The notes under the pieces were generated by a model, which worked only from the letters and a program-made list of their open reading frames with translations, did not search any database and was not told the DNA's origin. A stretch of 58,071 nucleotides of DNA from Minisyncoccota bacterium (GTDB taxonomy: Bacteria > Patescibacteriota > Minisyncoccia > Phycocordibacterales > UBA9973): the NCBI GenBank assembly GCA_018061865.1, contig JAGOTH010000002.1, positions 1 to 58,071 of the forward strand. The letters run 5' to 3'. The position numbers and the translations under genes are program-made. This document shows positions 9,583-17,485 of the stretch, in pieces; position 1 is the stretch's first letter; each line of letters begins with the position of its first letter.

Positions 9583-10646
9583 AGAGAGAAGTTTTTTATA
9601 TTATATAAATCTTCGTCTTCTTTTTTCTCGTCGTCCTTTTTCTGTTCTTCAGTTCTGTCGTCTACTGGTGCGTCTATGTTTTCTGGATTTTCTACAGGAA
9701 TATTTTCTGGGATTTCTTCTCTAATTGCTTCACTTACCAAACTCTCTACAGTTGGAGACTCTGATAGGTTTTCTTCTTTTTGAGATTGAATATACTCATC
9801 GATTCTCTCGTTTGGGTTCCCTGCCATTTTTTGTTTTAGAAGCTCAGCGATTTCTTGCAAGTCTTCTGGGGTAAAGAAGTCTATTGAAATAGTTCCTCCA
9901 AATTCTTTTTTCTGAATATGAACTCTAGTTCCAAGCGCTTCGTGCAAAACATCTTCAAGGTCTAGAATTTCTGGATCAGGAAGAAGCTCTTTCTTTCGAG
10001 CTCGGTCTACAGCGATTCGGCGAGAAATTCTTTCTGCTTCACGAACTGTAATTTTTTTGTAAACTATTTCCTTGAACAAAACCATCTGCTCTTCCGGTCT
10101 CTCAGACAACATCATAAGAGGACGAGTGTGTCCTTCTGTTATTTTTCCTTGAGATAGCGCATCAAGAATTTCTTGTGGCATAGAAAGAAGTCGCATTGTG
10201 TTTGAAACATACTCACGACTCTTACCTACTTTCTTTCCAATATCTGCGTGAGTGAATTTGAATTCATCAGCTAGACGATGAAAAGCTCGAGCTCTTTCAA
10301 CGGCGTTAAGGTCCTCTCTTTGGAGGTTTTCAATAATCGCAAGTTCAAGCTTTGTTCGATTGTCATCCCCTACACGGATTACACAAGGCACCTGAGAGAG
10401 CCCAGCCAGCTTTGAGGCCCTTAGACGACGTTCTCCTGCGATTAGTTCATATTCAGTCTTTATTCCGTCTGGAGTCTCTTTTTCAATGCGAGAAACAGTA
10501 AGAGGCTGAAGAACTCCGTATTGGCGGATTGAGTCAGACAAATCTCGAAGAGGTCCTTCTTCGAATTCACGACGAGGTTGATATGGGTTTGGAACAACCT
10601 TATCTACATCTATAAAAAATATTGAGTTTTCGTATCTTCCTTGCAT
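9579..10646 (-). CDS. parB: ParB/Spo0J partition protein
   Basis: 355 aa. GERRLRA and IIENLQREDLN ParB boxes plus an acidic C-terminal tail. Its stop overlaps the rel stop by 4 nt (convergent). Confidence 0.9.
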   Translation of the reverse strand: MQGRYENSIFFIDVDKVVPNPYQPRREFEEGPLRDLSDSIRQYGVLQPLTVSRIEKETPDGIKTEYELIAGERRLRASKLAGLSQVPCVIRVGDDNRTKLELAIIENLQREDLNAVERARAFHRLADEFKFTHADIGKKVGKSREYVSNTMRLLSMPQEILDALSQGKITEGHTRPLMMLSERPEEQMVLFKEIVYKKITVREAERISRRIAVDRARKKELLPDPEILDLEDVLHEALGTRVHIQKKEFGGTISIDFFTPEDLQEIAELLKQKMAGNPNERIDEYIQSQKEENLSESPTVESLVSEAIREEIPENIPVENPENIDAPVDDRTEEQKKDDEKKEDEDLYNIKNFSL

Positions 10647-10732
10647 AGATTAGATTGTAACAGAATAGAAAATAGAGACAAACTTTAATATATTAAGAAT
10701 CTGTGATATAAATTCAAAATAGTTAAACCCCT

Positions 10733-10814
10733 GCCCGGGTGGCGGAATTGGTAGACGCGCACGACTCAAAATCGTGTATCGCAAGGTATGAGAGTTCGAT
10801 TCTCTCCCCGGGCA
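10733..10814 (+). tRNA. tRNA-Leu (anticodon CAA)
   Basis: Hand-folded cloverleaf. Acceptor gcccggg/cccgggc, anticodon stem cacga/tcgtg with loop ctCAAaa, long variable arm, T-arm gagag-ttcgatt-ctctc. No encoded CCA. Confidence 0.9.
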
Positions 10815-10819
10815 CACAA

Positions 10820-10843
10820 ATAAAAAATCCGCTCTATGCGGAT
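10820..10843 (-). terminator. intrinsic terminator for the 10834..11127 gene
   Basis: aatccgc-tcta-tgcggatt hairpin, followed by a T-run on the minus strand. Overlaps the stop codon. Confidence 0.55.
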
Positions 10844-11127
10844 TGCCCTATTTCTTCAAAAAAGTTGAACTCCTGATCAATTGTAAAATTTATGTCAGTT
10901 ACTCCAGCTAATTCTCCCTTTTCAATTTTTACCAAAAGCCCACTAATAACACTTCTGGACAAAAGAATTGACATTTTTGCGTCAATTTTGGAAAGTTTTG
11001 TCATTTCTGTTTTATCAACATTTCTTAATGCATTTAAAATAACTTTATCTACACAAGAAATACACATATGGACCTCTTTAAAAAGTAGTTCTTCTGTCAT
11101 GTTTGAAATGTATTCAATTTTGCTCAT
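10834..11127 (-). CDS. hypothetical protein (97 aa)
   Basis: ATG ORF followed by a terminator. The antisense ORF 10892..11146 looks less protein-like. Confidence 0.45.
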   Translation of the reverse strand: MSKIEYISNMTEELLFKEVHMCISCVDKVILNALRNVDKTEMTKLSKIDAKMSILLSRSVISGLLVKIEKGELAGVTDINFTIDQEFNFFEEIGQSA

Positions 11128-11199
11128 AAACCAAGTTTTGTTCTAGATTACTCTTTTTCCCAACTTTGTCAAAAGACCAATTTCTGTTACTCTAGTCTC

Positions 11200-12036
11200 G
11201 TGAAAAAACCTTTCATTATGTCTATCGTCGGTCCAACATCTTCTGGAAAAACAGCAGTATCTATTGATTTCGCAAAAAAGCTCAAAGGACTTGGAATAAC
11301 CGCCGAAATTGTTTCTGCCGACTCAAGGCAAGTCTACATAGGGCTCAATTTACTCTCTGGAAAGGTTACAAAAAAAGAAATGGGATTGATTCCCCATCAC
11401 ATGTTAGATGTAGTGAGTCCAAAGAAAGTTTATTCAGTTTCCGATTACAAGAAAGATGCTGAAAAAATTATCGACGAAATAGTCGCTCGCGGAAACCTCC
11501 CAGTTCTTGTTGGTGGAACAGGATTCTATGTTGATGCAATTACTAAAGGAATAATTCTTCCTGAAGTTCCACCAAATAAAGAGCTACGAAAAAAACTTGA
11601 AAAACTTGAAACAAAAAAGTTACTCGAAACACTCAAGAAACTGGACCCTGCTAGATATCGTGAAATCGATCAAAACAATCGCGTCCGACTGATAAGGGCA
11701 ATTGAAATCGCAAAGTCTATAGGTAAAGTTCCAAAGATAAAAACAAAACCAAAGTATGATGTTGAGACTGTTTACGTCGATTTACCCGACGAAGAACTGA
11801 AGAAAAAAATCCATACTCGTCTACTCGCACGCATCAAGTCCGGAATGATAAACGAAGGCAAGAAACTTCATACTTCTGGTGTTTCTTGGAAGAGAATGGA
11901 AGAACTAGGTCTTGAGTGTAGATTTGTTGCACTTCACCTGCAAGGAAAAATGTCCAAAAAAGAAATGATTGAGGAGCTAGAAAAATCTACTTGGCAGTAT
12001 GTAAAGAGACAAAGAACTTGGTTTAGGAAAAAATAA
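11200..12036 (+). CDS. miaA: tRNA dimethylallyltransferase
   Basis: P-loop GPTSSGKT, SADSRQVY, GGTGFY. GTG start at 11200, with an alternative ATG at 11218. Confidence 0.9.
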   Translation: MKKPFIMSIVGPTSSGKTAVSIDFAKKLKGLGITAEIVSADSRQVYIGLNLLSGKVTKKEMGLIPHHMLDVVSPKKVYSVSDYKKDAEKIIDEIVARGNLPVLVGGTGFYVDAITKGIILPEVPPNKELRKKLEKLETKKLLETLKKLDPARYREIDQNNRVRLIRAIEIAKSIGKVPKIKTKPKYDVETVYVDLPDEELKKKIHTRLLARIKSGMINEGKKLHTSGVSWKRMEELGLECRFVALHLQGKMSKKEMIEELEKSTWQYVKRQRTWFRKK

Positions 12037-12082
12037 ACAAACTGGGCAAAAAGGACTTATTTTGATATAGTTTGAAAACAAA

Positions 12083-12153
12083 GGGTGATTAGTTTAGTGG
12101 CAGAACAGCGGTCTCCAAAACCGCTGGCGAGGGTTCGATTCCTTCATCACCCG
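12083..12153 (+). tRNA. tRNA-Trp (anticodon CCA)
   Basis: Acceptor gggtgat/atcaccc, anticodon stem gcggt/accgc with loop ctCCAaa, T-loop ttcgatt. No encoded CCA. Confidence 0.9.
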
Positions 12154-12165
12154 CCTTCAAATAAT

Positions 12166-12193
12166 AAAAAACCCCGCTTTTGCGGGATTTTTT
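12166..12193. terminator. bidirectional intrinsic terminator (tRNA-Trp / rpmG)
   Basis: aaaaaaccccgc-tttt-gcgggatttttt, with an A-run and a T-run on either side. Confidence 0.75.
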
Positions 12194-12194
12194 A

Positions 12195-12356
12195 TTATTT
12201 CTTAAGCTCCTTATGAGTAGTGCTTTTTTTACACCACTTACAGAACTTCTTAAGTTCTATTTTTTTAGTAACTAGTTTCTTGTTTTTGCTGGAATAGTAA
12301 TTAACCCTTTTGCAGGTTGCGCAAGCTAGTTTGAATAGTCTGTCTTGTGATGCCAT
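12195..12356 (-). CDS. rpmG: 50S ribosomal protein L33
   Basis: 53 aa, below the ORF-track cutoff. My translation is MASQDRLFKLACATCKRVNYYSSKNKKLVTKKIELKKFCKWCKKSTTHKELKK, with the two CxxC pairs typical of L33. Confidence 0.85.
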   Translation of the reverse strand: MASQDRLFKLACATCKRVNYYSSKNKKLVTKKIELKKFCKWCKKSTTHKELKK

Positions 12357-12423
12357 AAAATATCTTAAAATCCTTTATTTATTAGTCCTAAGACTTTATC
12401 ATAAAAGGCTATTTTTGTAAAAT

Positions 12424-15400
12424 TTAGCTTTGAGGGTTAGCTTTTGAAGCCCCGTCGTCCTTGGTAGCAGCCTTCCAACCACCATTATTAGCGCCTCCTA
12501 TAGATGTAGCCGTTTGACCCTGACTCTCTACTCTGGAACCTCTCTGTCCTGACTCTTTTATCTCCTTTATCTTGTTTGCATCCATCATATCTCTCGTTAC
12601 AATCCTAGGTGGAGCCTCAACCACTTCAGCATCTTCATCTTCTCCAGCTTCTCGTGGTCTATTTTCGTCCCAGTCCTTAACATCTTCACCTTTTCTTTTT
12701 CTCATTTCTCTCATTATTTCTTTCTTAGACATACCAAGAAGGAAGTCAGCTTCTTTCATCATTTCTTCGTGCATCTTTATGCTATTTTTAAGACTTTTTA
12801 TCTCGTCTTTTGATTTCTTGTCATTCTTGTCTGCGTCAACCTTGTCTTCAAAGTCTTTCTTCTCATCTTTTAGAGATTGAATTTTTTCTTTAAGATTTTC
12901 TAGATACTTCTTCGTATATTCTGAAGGTCTGAAAACAGCAACCCCTATTCCACCATTTCGTTTTGATTTAATGAAGTCTTCTTTAGAAATTATATCTTCA
13001 CCTAATTCCTTTTTGTAATCCAAGTAGTCAATTATTGAGTCCATGGCAAGAATTGCCCCTACTGCTTTATACACTTCATTGGATTCTTCGGCGCGTTCAA
13101 GTCCCGAGATATTTGCCATATAAATATTTTTCAATTCCTCTGCACTCTTTCCTTCAAGATTTTTCAAAACTTCTTTTGTAAGAAGAGGAAAACCAGGAAC
13201 TGATTCGAAACTACTTTCACTTTCTGCAAAAGGAATATTTGAATCAATTTGTCTATAAGCCCTAACTGGGGCATCGGCAGACCCTGCTCGCCACTGATCA
13301 AGACCACTTCTCCATCCTGATTCTTCTTCTACATATTCACCCTCTTCACCTTTCTTAAGAGTTTTTTGATCCTTAGGCTTTTCAGGGTTTATATTTTTAC
13401 GAGCTTGGTCAATCTGTTCTTTTGTCTTTCTCTTTGTTCCACCAAGACCTCGTCGAGGATCCATTGGAATGATTGGCGGCAATGTTGGATCAACAAATGT
13501 TCCGTCTCTTGCTGGCTCTCCGATATCATAAATGATTGTTTCTTTTATGCTTTCACTTCCGCCGTCAACTGTATCTGTTATTTTATCCATTCCGTCTCCA
13601 ACATAAGTTGCAAGAATTCTGACGTGTTCAACACCATTAGTTTCTCCTCGAACTTCCGCCACTTCAGCGTAGCGACCGAGGAATTCTGCTTTACCATTGT
13701 GCATATCGAACAACTTTCCAGCAGGACTGTCTGGATCGATTGTCGCAGAACCATCAGGATTAAGGGTTACTTCAAAAGGATGTGACTGAGTTCCGTCAGA
13801 CGCTGACAAAAGAATTTTTAGCTTTCCTTCAGCAAGAAGCTGTTTTGCGTCTGCACTTTCAAGACCTTGGAATGACCCGTTTTCTGTCATTCTACTCATA
13901 TCGAAAACATAGTTTCCATTTGCATCTATTCCCTTTCCATCAACTCCTCCCCAATCAAGCTTAAGCTCATTCTTATCAAACAAAGGTGAAGGGGTGTCAT
14001 TTCCGTACCAGAGATCTCTTTTTATGTGCTCTGTCGCATCAGCGTGATTCTCCACAAATTCATCGTCTGTTATTTCTCGGACAACATCATCAGCTTCTAC
14101 ACTAGAAATATATTCATCAAATCTTATTCCCTCTTTCAAGAAAGCTTCTTTCGCTTCGTCTGTCAGAGTTCCATCTTCATTAACTGTGAAGTAATTCAAA
14201 ATAACTTCTCCATCTTTCATCAAGGCATAACCATCTATCTTTTGATCGACTTCAACAATGTCATATCCTTCTGGAAGACAGAAAGTGTTTTCATCTATTT
14301 TAAACTCAACTGTCGGAAGTAGTTCTGTTCCAGAAAAAGACATATCTCCACCTCCAAATTTTCCATTCTGAATCCAGCCACGAACAGACTCCATAAAGGT
14401 TGCGTGATCAACTCCCTTGTTCTCAAGCTTAAATGCTTTATCAAACATTTTCTCAAAGAATCCGATTTTGTTTTGCTGAAAGGCCGCTCCGATTTCTTGG
14501 GTAACAGTTCCAACGAGTAGACCAGTCGCAAGCCCTTTAACAACAGCTTTTGCCACTCTTCCTCTTTTCATCTTTTTGAAAATTCTATCTTTGTCTTTCA
14601 TTCCCTCAACACCCTTTTCTTCATCTCCCTCTCGGATTAGTTTTGTTTGAGTTTCTACGTTTCCTCTCAAGTAATCGTCGAAAGTCTGACCTTCAGGAAT
14701 TTTTACTTTTCCTGTTTCTACGAGTTTTCTCAATTCAACTTTAGCTTTTGCTTTTGCAAGATCAAGAGCAAATCTCTCTTCTTCAACTAGAGTGACATCT
14801 GTATAGTGAAGCAAGTCAATTTTTTCTTTGTCAGACATCTGAACTCTAGTTTCTGCATTGGCAAGAAAATTCATCTTTTCATTGAAGTAAGCTTCTACTT
14901 CTTTTTCAGTAGCCTCAGGTTTTAATGTTTTGGACAAATTGTCCATCATGTTTTTTGCACCAACAGTCTCATATCGAGCCTCTTCCATCTTGTCTCTTCG
15001 TGCTGCTTCTTTTTCATTTTCCTCATCTCCCTCTCGTCCCTCAGCCATTTGTCTTGAGTGTGACTTTCTTTCGAGTTTTACTTTTCTTGATTCACGAAGT
15101 CCTGCACCGACTCCAGTAATAAGAGCTCCCGCTCCAAAAGTTATCTGACTTCTTAGTGTTTGAGAAATTTTGCTTTTTGTTGCAAAGGACAGGATTCCTG
15201 AAGTAATTGCAACAGCGCTCGCCAAAGTTGCTTCGTTTACATATTTACCCACCTTAGACTCCATAACGAAGTTAGTGAACTTATCTATTTTGTTATAGTT
15301 TGCTTCTGTTCTAACTCCTGTTTTCGCTTTTCCGAGGACGATCTCAAGATCGTAATCAAGCTTATCTAATCCGTCACTGTGCTCCATAAGAGCCTTTATC

Positions 15401-16125
15401 TGTTCTGCAGCTTCTAAGATGTTATCAGCATAAATAACTCCCTTATCTAGGACTTCTTTAGACATTGCTTCTTTTGTAGAAGAAAGAATTACATTTTTTC
15501 TGCTATCAAAATCTTCTTTGCTTATTTTGTTTTCTACATACAGATCAATAAGACCTCTTATTTCTCCCTCTACTTTTTTCCCAGCTGTTGTTTCTGCGTT
15601 TAGAACTTCTCTCGCTTCTCCCGCTTCTGTGTGGATCAATCCTTCAACTTCTTCTATAAATCTCTTAGCAGTTACAAGCTTGGCTGTTTTGTCAGAAGAA
15701 ATAGAAGCGTCTTCTTCGTTCGCGTATAGATTTTTTGAGTCTTCTATATTCTTTTTAGCTTTTCTTTTTGCTTTTGCTCTCTCGTAATCATAAAAATAAT
15801 TATTCCAAACTCTACCAAAGAATCCTTTTACTCCTTTTGACTCGGCGCTTCTTTTTTCTAATTCTCTTTCGGCTGCATCAATTGCCTTGTCTTCTATTCC
15901 AGAAGAAACGTCAACGATACCAACTTTTATTTTTGGTTTTTTGTTTTCAGTCTTTGTTTCTTCTTTTTTTATTTCGTTTTTTTCTTCAGAAGCAACAACT
16001 TTTTCTTTTGGTGCTTCAGGAGAAACTTTTACCTCAGAATCAGAAGCGCCTTCATTTTTTTGAAGTTTCTTCTTTGTATTTAAATTTTCATTTTTTGGTT
16101 CGAGTTCCGGGATGCTTTCAGGCAT
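12424..16125 (-). CDS. giant (1233 aa) K/E-rich membrane-anchored protein of unknown function
   Basis: Uninterrupted ATG ORF. Highly charged N-terminal region of about 300 aa, hydrophobic segments at aa ~299-316, ~328-343 and ~524-547, and a C-terminal region of about 680 aa with no motif I recognise. Confidence 0.7.
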   Translation of the reverse strand: MPESIPELEPKNENLNTKKKLQKNEGASDSEVKVSPEAPKEKVVASEEKNEIKKEETKTENKKPKIKVGIVDVSSGIEDKAIDAAERELEKRSAESKGVKGFFGRVWNNYFYDYERAKAKRKAKKNIEDSKNLYANEEDASISSDKTAKLVTAKRFIEEVEGLIHTEAGEAREVLNAETTAGKKVEGEIRGLIDLYVENKISKEDFDSRKNVILSSTKEAMSKEVLDKGVIYADNILEAAEQIKALMEHSDGLDKLDYDLEIVLGKAKTGVRTEANYNKIDKFTNFVMESKVGKYVNEATLASAVAITSGILSFATKSKISQTLRSQITFGAGALITGVGAGLRESRKVKLERKSHSRQMAEGREGDEENEKEAARRDKMEEARYETVGAKNMMDNLSKTLKPEATEKEVEAYFNEKMNFLANAETRVQMSDKEKIDLLHYTDVTLVEEERFALDLAKAKAKVELRKLVETGKVKIPEGQTFDDYLRGNVETQTKLIREGDEEKGVEGMKDKDRIFKKMKRGRVAKAVVKGLATGLLVGTVTQEIGAAFQQNKIGFFEKMFDKAFKLENKGVDHATFMESVRGWIQNGKFGGGDMSFSGTELLPTVEFKIDENTFCLPEGYDIVEVDQKIDGYALMKDGEVILNYFTVNEDGTLTDEAKEAFLKEGIRFDEYISSVEADDVVREITDDEFVENHADATEHIKRDLWYGNDTPSPLFDKNELKLDWGGVDGKGIDANGNYVFDMSRMTENGSFQGLESADAKQLLAEGKLKILLSASDGTQSHPFEVTLNPDGSATIDPDSPAGKLFDMHNGKAEFLGRYAEVAEVRGETNGVEHVRILATYVGDGMDKITDTVDGGSESIKETIIYDIGEPARDGTFVDPTLPPIIPMDPRRGLGGTKRKTKEQIDQARKNINPEKPKDQKTLKKGEEGEYVEEESGWRSGLDQWRAGSADAPVRAYRQIDSNIPFAESESSFESVPGFPLLTKEVLKNLEGKSAEELKNIYMANISGLERAEESNEVYKAVGAILAMDSIIDYLDYKKELGEDIISKEDFIKSKRNGGIGVAVFRPSEYTKKYLENLKEKIQSLKDEKKDFEDKVDADKNDKKSKDEIKSLKNSIKMHEEMMKEADFLLGMSKKEIMREMRKRKGEDVKDWDENRPREAGEDEDAEVVEAPPRIVTRDMMDANKIKEIKESGQRGSRVESQGQTATSIGGANNGGWKAATKDDGASKANPQS

Positions 16126-16129
16126 TGTT

Positions 16130-16444
16130 TTAAGCGGCTACGCCGAAGTAAATATTTCTAAAGGAAATCATTGTTGATGCAATTAGAGCATCAAGGTCTG
16201 GAACATTCTTGGAGATGAAGTTCTGAATCTCAGAATCATCATCTTTATCAAGAAGAGCCTCAAACTCTTCCAATTTATCTTTTGGAATGTTTTCCAAAAC
16301 TGAAGCATTGATTCTTGTCTCAAGTCTATCAGTCAAATCACTTCTCATTTGATCTACAACTTCCTTATCCATCGATAAAACCCCTTTTTCTTCTAGGATT
16401 TTATTTATAAAATCTTTTATTATGTCTTCGCTTTGTGTTAACAT
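16130..16444 (-). CDS. hypothetical acidic helical protein (104 aa), immediately upstream of the giant ORF
   Basis: ATG ORF whose stop lies 4 nt before the giant gene start, so probably co-transcribed. Confidence 0.55.
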   Translation of the reverse strand: MLTQSEDIIKDFINKILEEKGVLSMDKEVVDQMRSDLTDRLETRINASVLENIPKDKLEEFEALLDKDDDSEIQNFISKNVPDLDALIASTMISFRNIYFGVAA

Positions 16445-16553
16445 GGCAAAAAATTACACTAGTAATCTATACTGTTGTCAATTATACCATTCTCAGACCT
16501 AAAAAGCAATCATTTTTGGGGATTAAAACAGCCCCCTCTCACCAATAGAGTCC

Positions 16554-16582
16554 TTGAAATTATTTCAAATTTCGTTTATAGT
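16554..16582 (+). promoter_or_regulatory. sigma-70-like promoter of the tRNA-Tyr locus
   Basis: TTGAAA, 17 nt spacer, TATAGT. The predicted start lies just before the pseudo-5' fragment at 16593. Confidence 0.5.
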
Positions 16583-16592
16583 GCATTTACTT

Positions 16593-16653
16593 GCGTCAGT
16601 GGTAGAGCTTGTTCCGCCAAGGCGGAATGAAGTCAATTACAACAAGTATAAAT
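16593..16653 (+). pseudogene. partial, interrupted copy of the 5' ~40 nt of tRNA-Tyr
   Basis: gcgtcaGtggtagag matches tRNA nt 1-15 and tcaattacaaca matches nt 19-30. A 25-nt insert (16608-16632) holding the hairpin ttccgc-caag-gcggaa replaces D-loop tgg. No T-arm or 3' acceptor. Confidence 0.6.
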
Positions 16654-16737
16654 GCGTCGGTGGTAGAGTGGTCAATTACAACAGACTGTAAATCTGTCGG
16701 CCTTAGGCCTACGAAGGTTCGAATCCTTCCCGGCGCA
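16654..16737 (+). tRNA. tRNA-Tyr (anticodon GTA)
   Basis: Acceptor gcgtcgg/ccggcgc (one G-U), anticodon loop ctGTAaa, long variable arm cggccttaggcct, T-arm gaagg-ttcgaat-ccttc. No encoded CCA. Confidence 0.9.
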
Positions 16738-16752
16738 CAATATAAAAAACTT
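16724..16752 (+). repeat. 29-nt direct repeat, copy 1 (tRNA-Tyr 3' end plus flank)
   Basis: tccttcccggcgcacaatataaaaaactt is identical at 16899-16927. Confidence 0.9.
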
Positions 16753-16790
16753 GAAACTTTTTGTTTCAGGTTTTTTATATTTATAAATAC

Positions 16791-16913
16791 TGTGCGGATT
16801 CGAACCGTGAAGGGGGTCGGGGAAACGGAAGTTTCCCCGTGGAGGAAAGTATTGAAAACCGAGAGGTTTTCAAAGAGGAATTTATGACGACGTGAGATTC
16901 CTTCCCGGCGCAC
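16791..16913 (+). ncRNA. candidate structured RNA or disrupted tRNA-Tyr paralog ending in a tRNA-Tyr 3' acceptor copy
   Basis: Two perfect hairpins with GNRA loops only in plus sense: ggggaaac-GGAA-gtttcccc (16819-16838) and gaaaacc-GAGA-ggttttc (16854-16871). 5' tgtgcgg can pair with 3' ccggcgca. Followed by its own terminator-like hairpin. Confidence 0.3.
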
Positions 16914-16927
16914 AATATAAAAAACTT
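16899..16927 (+). repeat. 29-nt direct repeat, copy 2
   Basis: Identical to 16724-16752. Identity starts inside the T-loop, as at tRNA att sites. Confidence 0.9.
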
Positions 16928-16971
16928 CAGGTAAATAGTTTGAGGTTTTTTATTTTATCAGGCTTGCCTGT

Positions 16972-16986
16972 ATTCGAACCTTCGTA
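16972..16986 (-). repeat. inverted 15-nt copy of the tRNA-Tyr T-arm
   Basis: The reverse complement tacgaaggttcgaat is identical to 16710-16724. A second inverted 11-mer, ggttcgaatcc, lies at 16796-16806. Confidence 0.8.
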
Positions 16987-17008
16987 CGGCAAAACAAAAA
17001 AACCGCAA

Positions 17009-17386
17009 CTATTGCGGTTCTCCTCCAAAAATATCTGTGTAAAAAGCCCTAAGGAGACTCTCTATCCTTTCTTTATAATCCCCTTTTTTTGAGGAACTTA
17101 AAAAATTCTCACTAATAATATAAATCCTTCCTTGTTTGTCTATGTTTGCTTCTATTAGCAAGTCTTGATCCTCTTTTATACCTCTTACGAATAAAATCGT
17201 GTCTTCGTCTTTTTTAAATGTTTTAAATACTCCAATTCTTTCGTCAGAAAATTGATATACGATAGAATCTTTTCCGGCACAATATTTAACAACTTCTGAT
17301 TGAATATCAGTCAGTGTTTTTTTCTCTGTTTTACTACAAGAAGAAAAAACTAAGAAACTGGCTAAAAAATATAGTATATTTTTCAT
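17009..17386 (-). CDS. putative lipoprotein (125 aa)
   Basis: MKNILYFLASFLVFSSCSK is a signal peptide with a lipobox-like FSSC. Confidence 0.6.
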   Translation of the reverse strand: MKNILYFLASFLVFSSCSKTEKKTLTDIQSEVVKYCAGKDSIVYQFSDERIGVFKTFKKDEDTILFVRGIKEDQDLLIEANIDKQGRIYIISENFLSSSKKGDYKERIESLLRAFYTDIFGGEPQ

Positions 17387-17439
17387 AAGTACTTATTTTG
17401 GCTATTTATACTCCAAAATTAAAATAAAGCAAGCGTGCA

Positions 17440-17477
17440 AAAAGCCCCGCGGATTCAACAGAATCCGCGGGGCTTTT
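17440..17477 (-). terminator. intrinsic terminator after clpB
   Basis: aaaagccccgcggattc-aaca-gaatccgcggggctttt, a 13-bp GC-rich stem. Confidence 0.8.
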
Positions 17478-17485
17478 TATTCATC

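Noticed and set aside
12572-15148. Numerous 60-140-aa ORFs antisense to long genes (the giant ORF, clpB, gyrA, infB, rpoC, topA)
   Set aside because: They are typical shadow ORFs in AT-rich DNA opposite strongly coding frames. Their products are Ser/Phe/Leu-rich and low-complexity, and they have no independent promoters or terminators.
16841-16850. GGAGGAAAGT, resembling the RNase P RNA CR-I/P4 motif GAGGAAAGUCC
   Set aside because: Only 9 nt match, the following CCGGGC is absent, no CR-V-like ACAGAAxxCGGCUUA partner was seen, and the available space (~125 nt) is far too small for RNase P RNA.
16596-16913. ORFs 16596..16913 (-), 16609..16887 (+) and 16892..17092 (+)
   Set aside because: They run straight through tRNA-Tyr and its fragment copies, so this region is RNA-gene or intergenic sequence. 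The same applies to 23586..23798 (+) and 23656..23853 (-), which cross tRNA-Leu and tRNA-Cys.
16724-16927. Direct repeats near tRNA-Tyr as a CRISPR array
   Set aside because: There are only two copies. The repeat is the tRNA 3' end plus flank, there is no regular repeat-spacer periodicity, and there are no cas genes. No CRISPR-like array was seen anywhere in the window.
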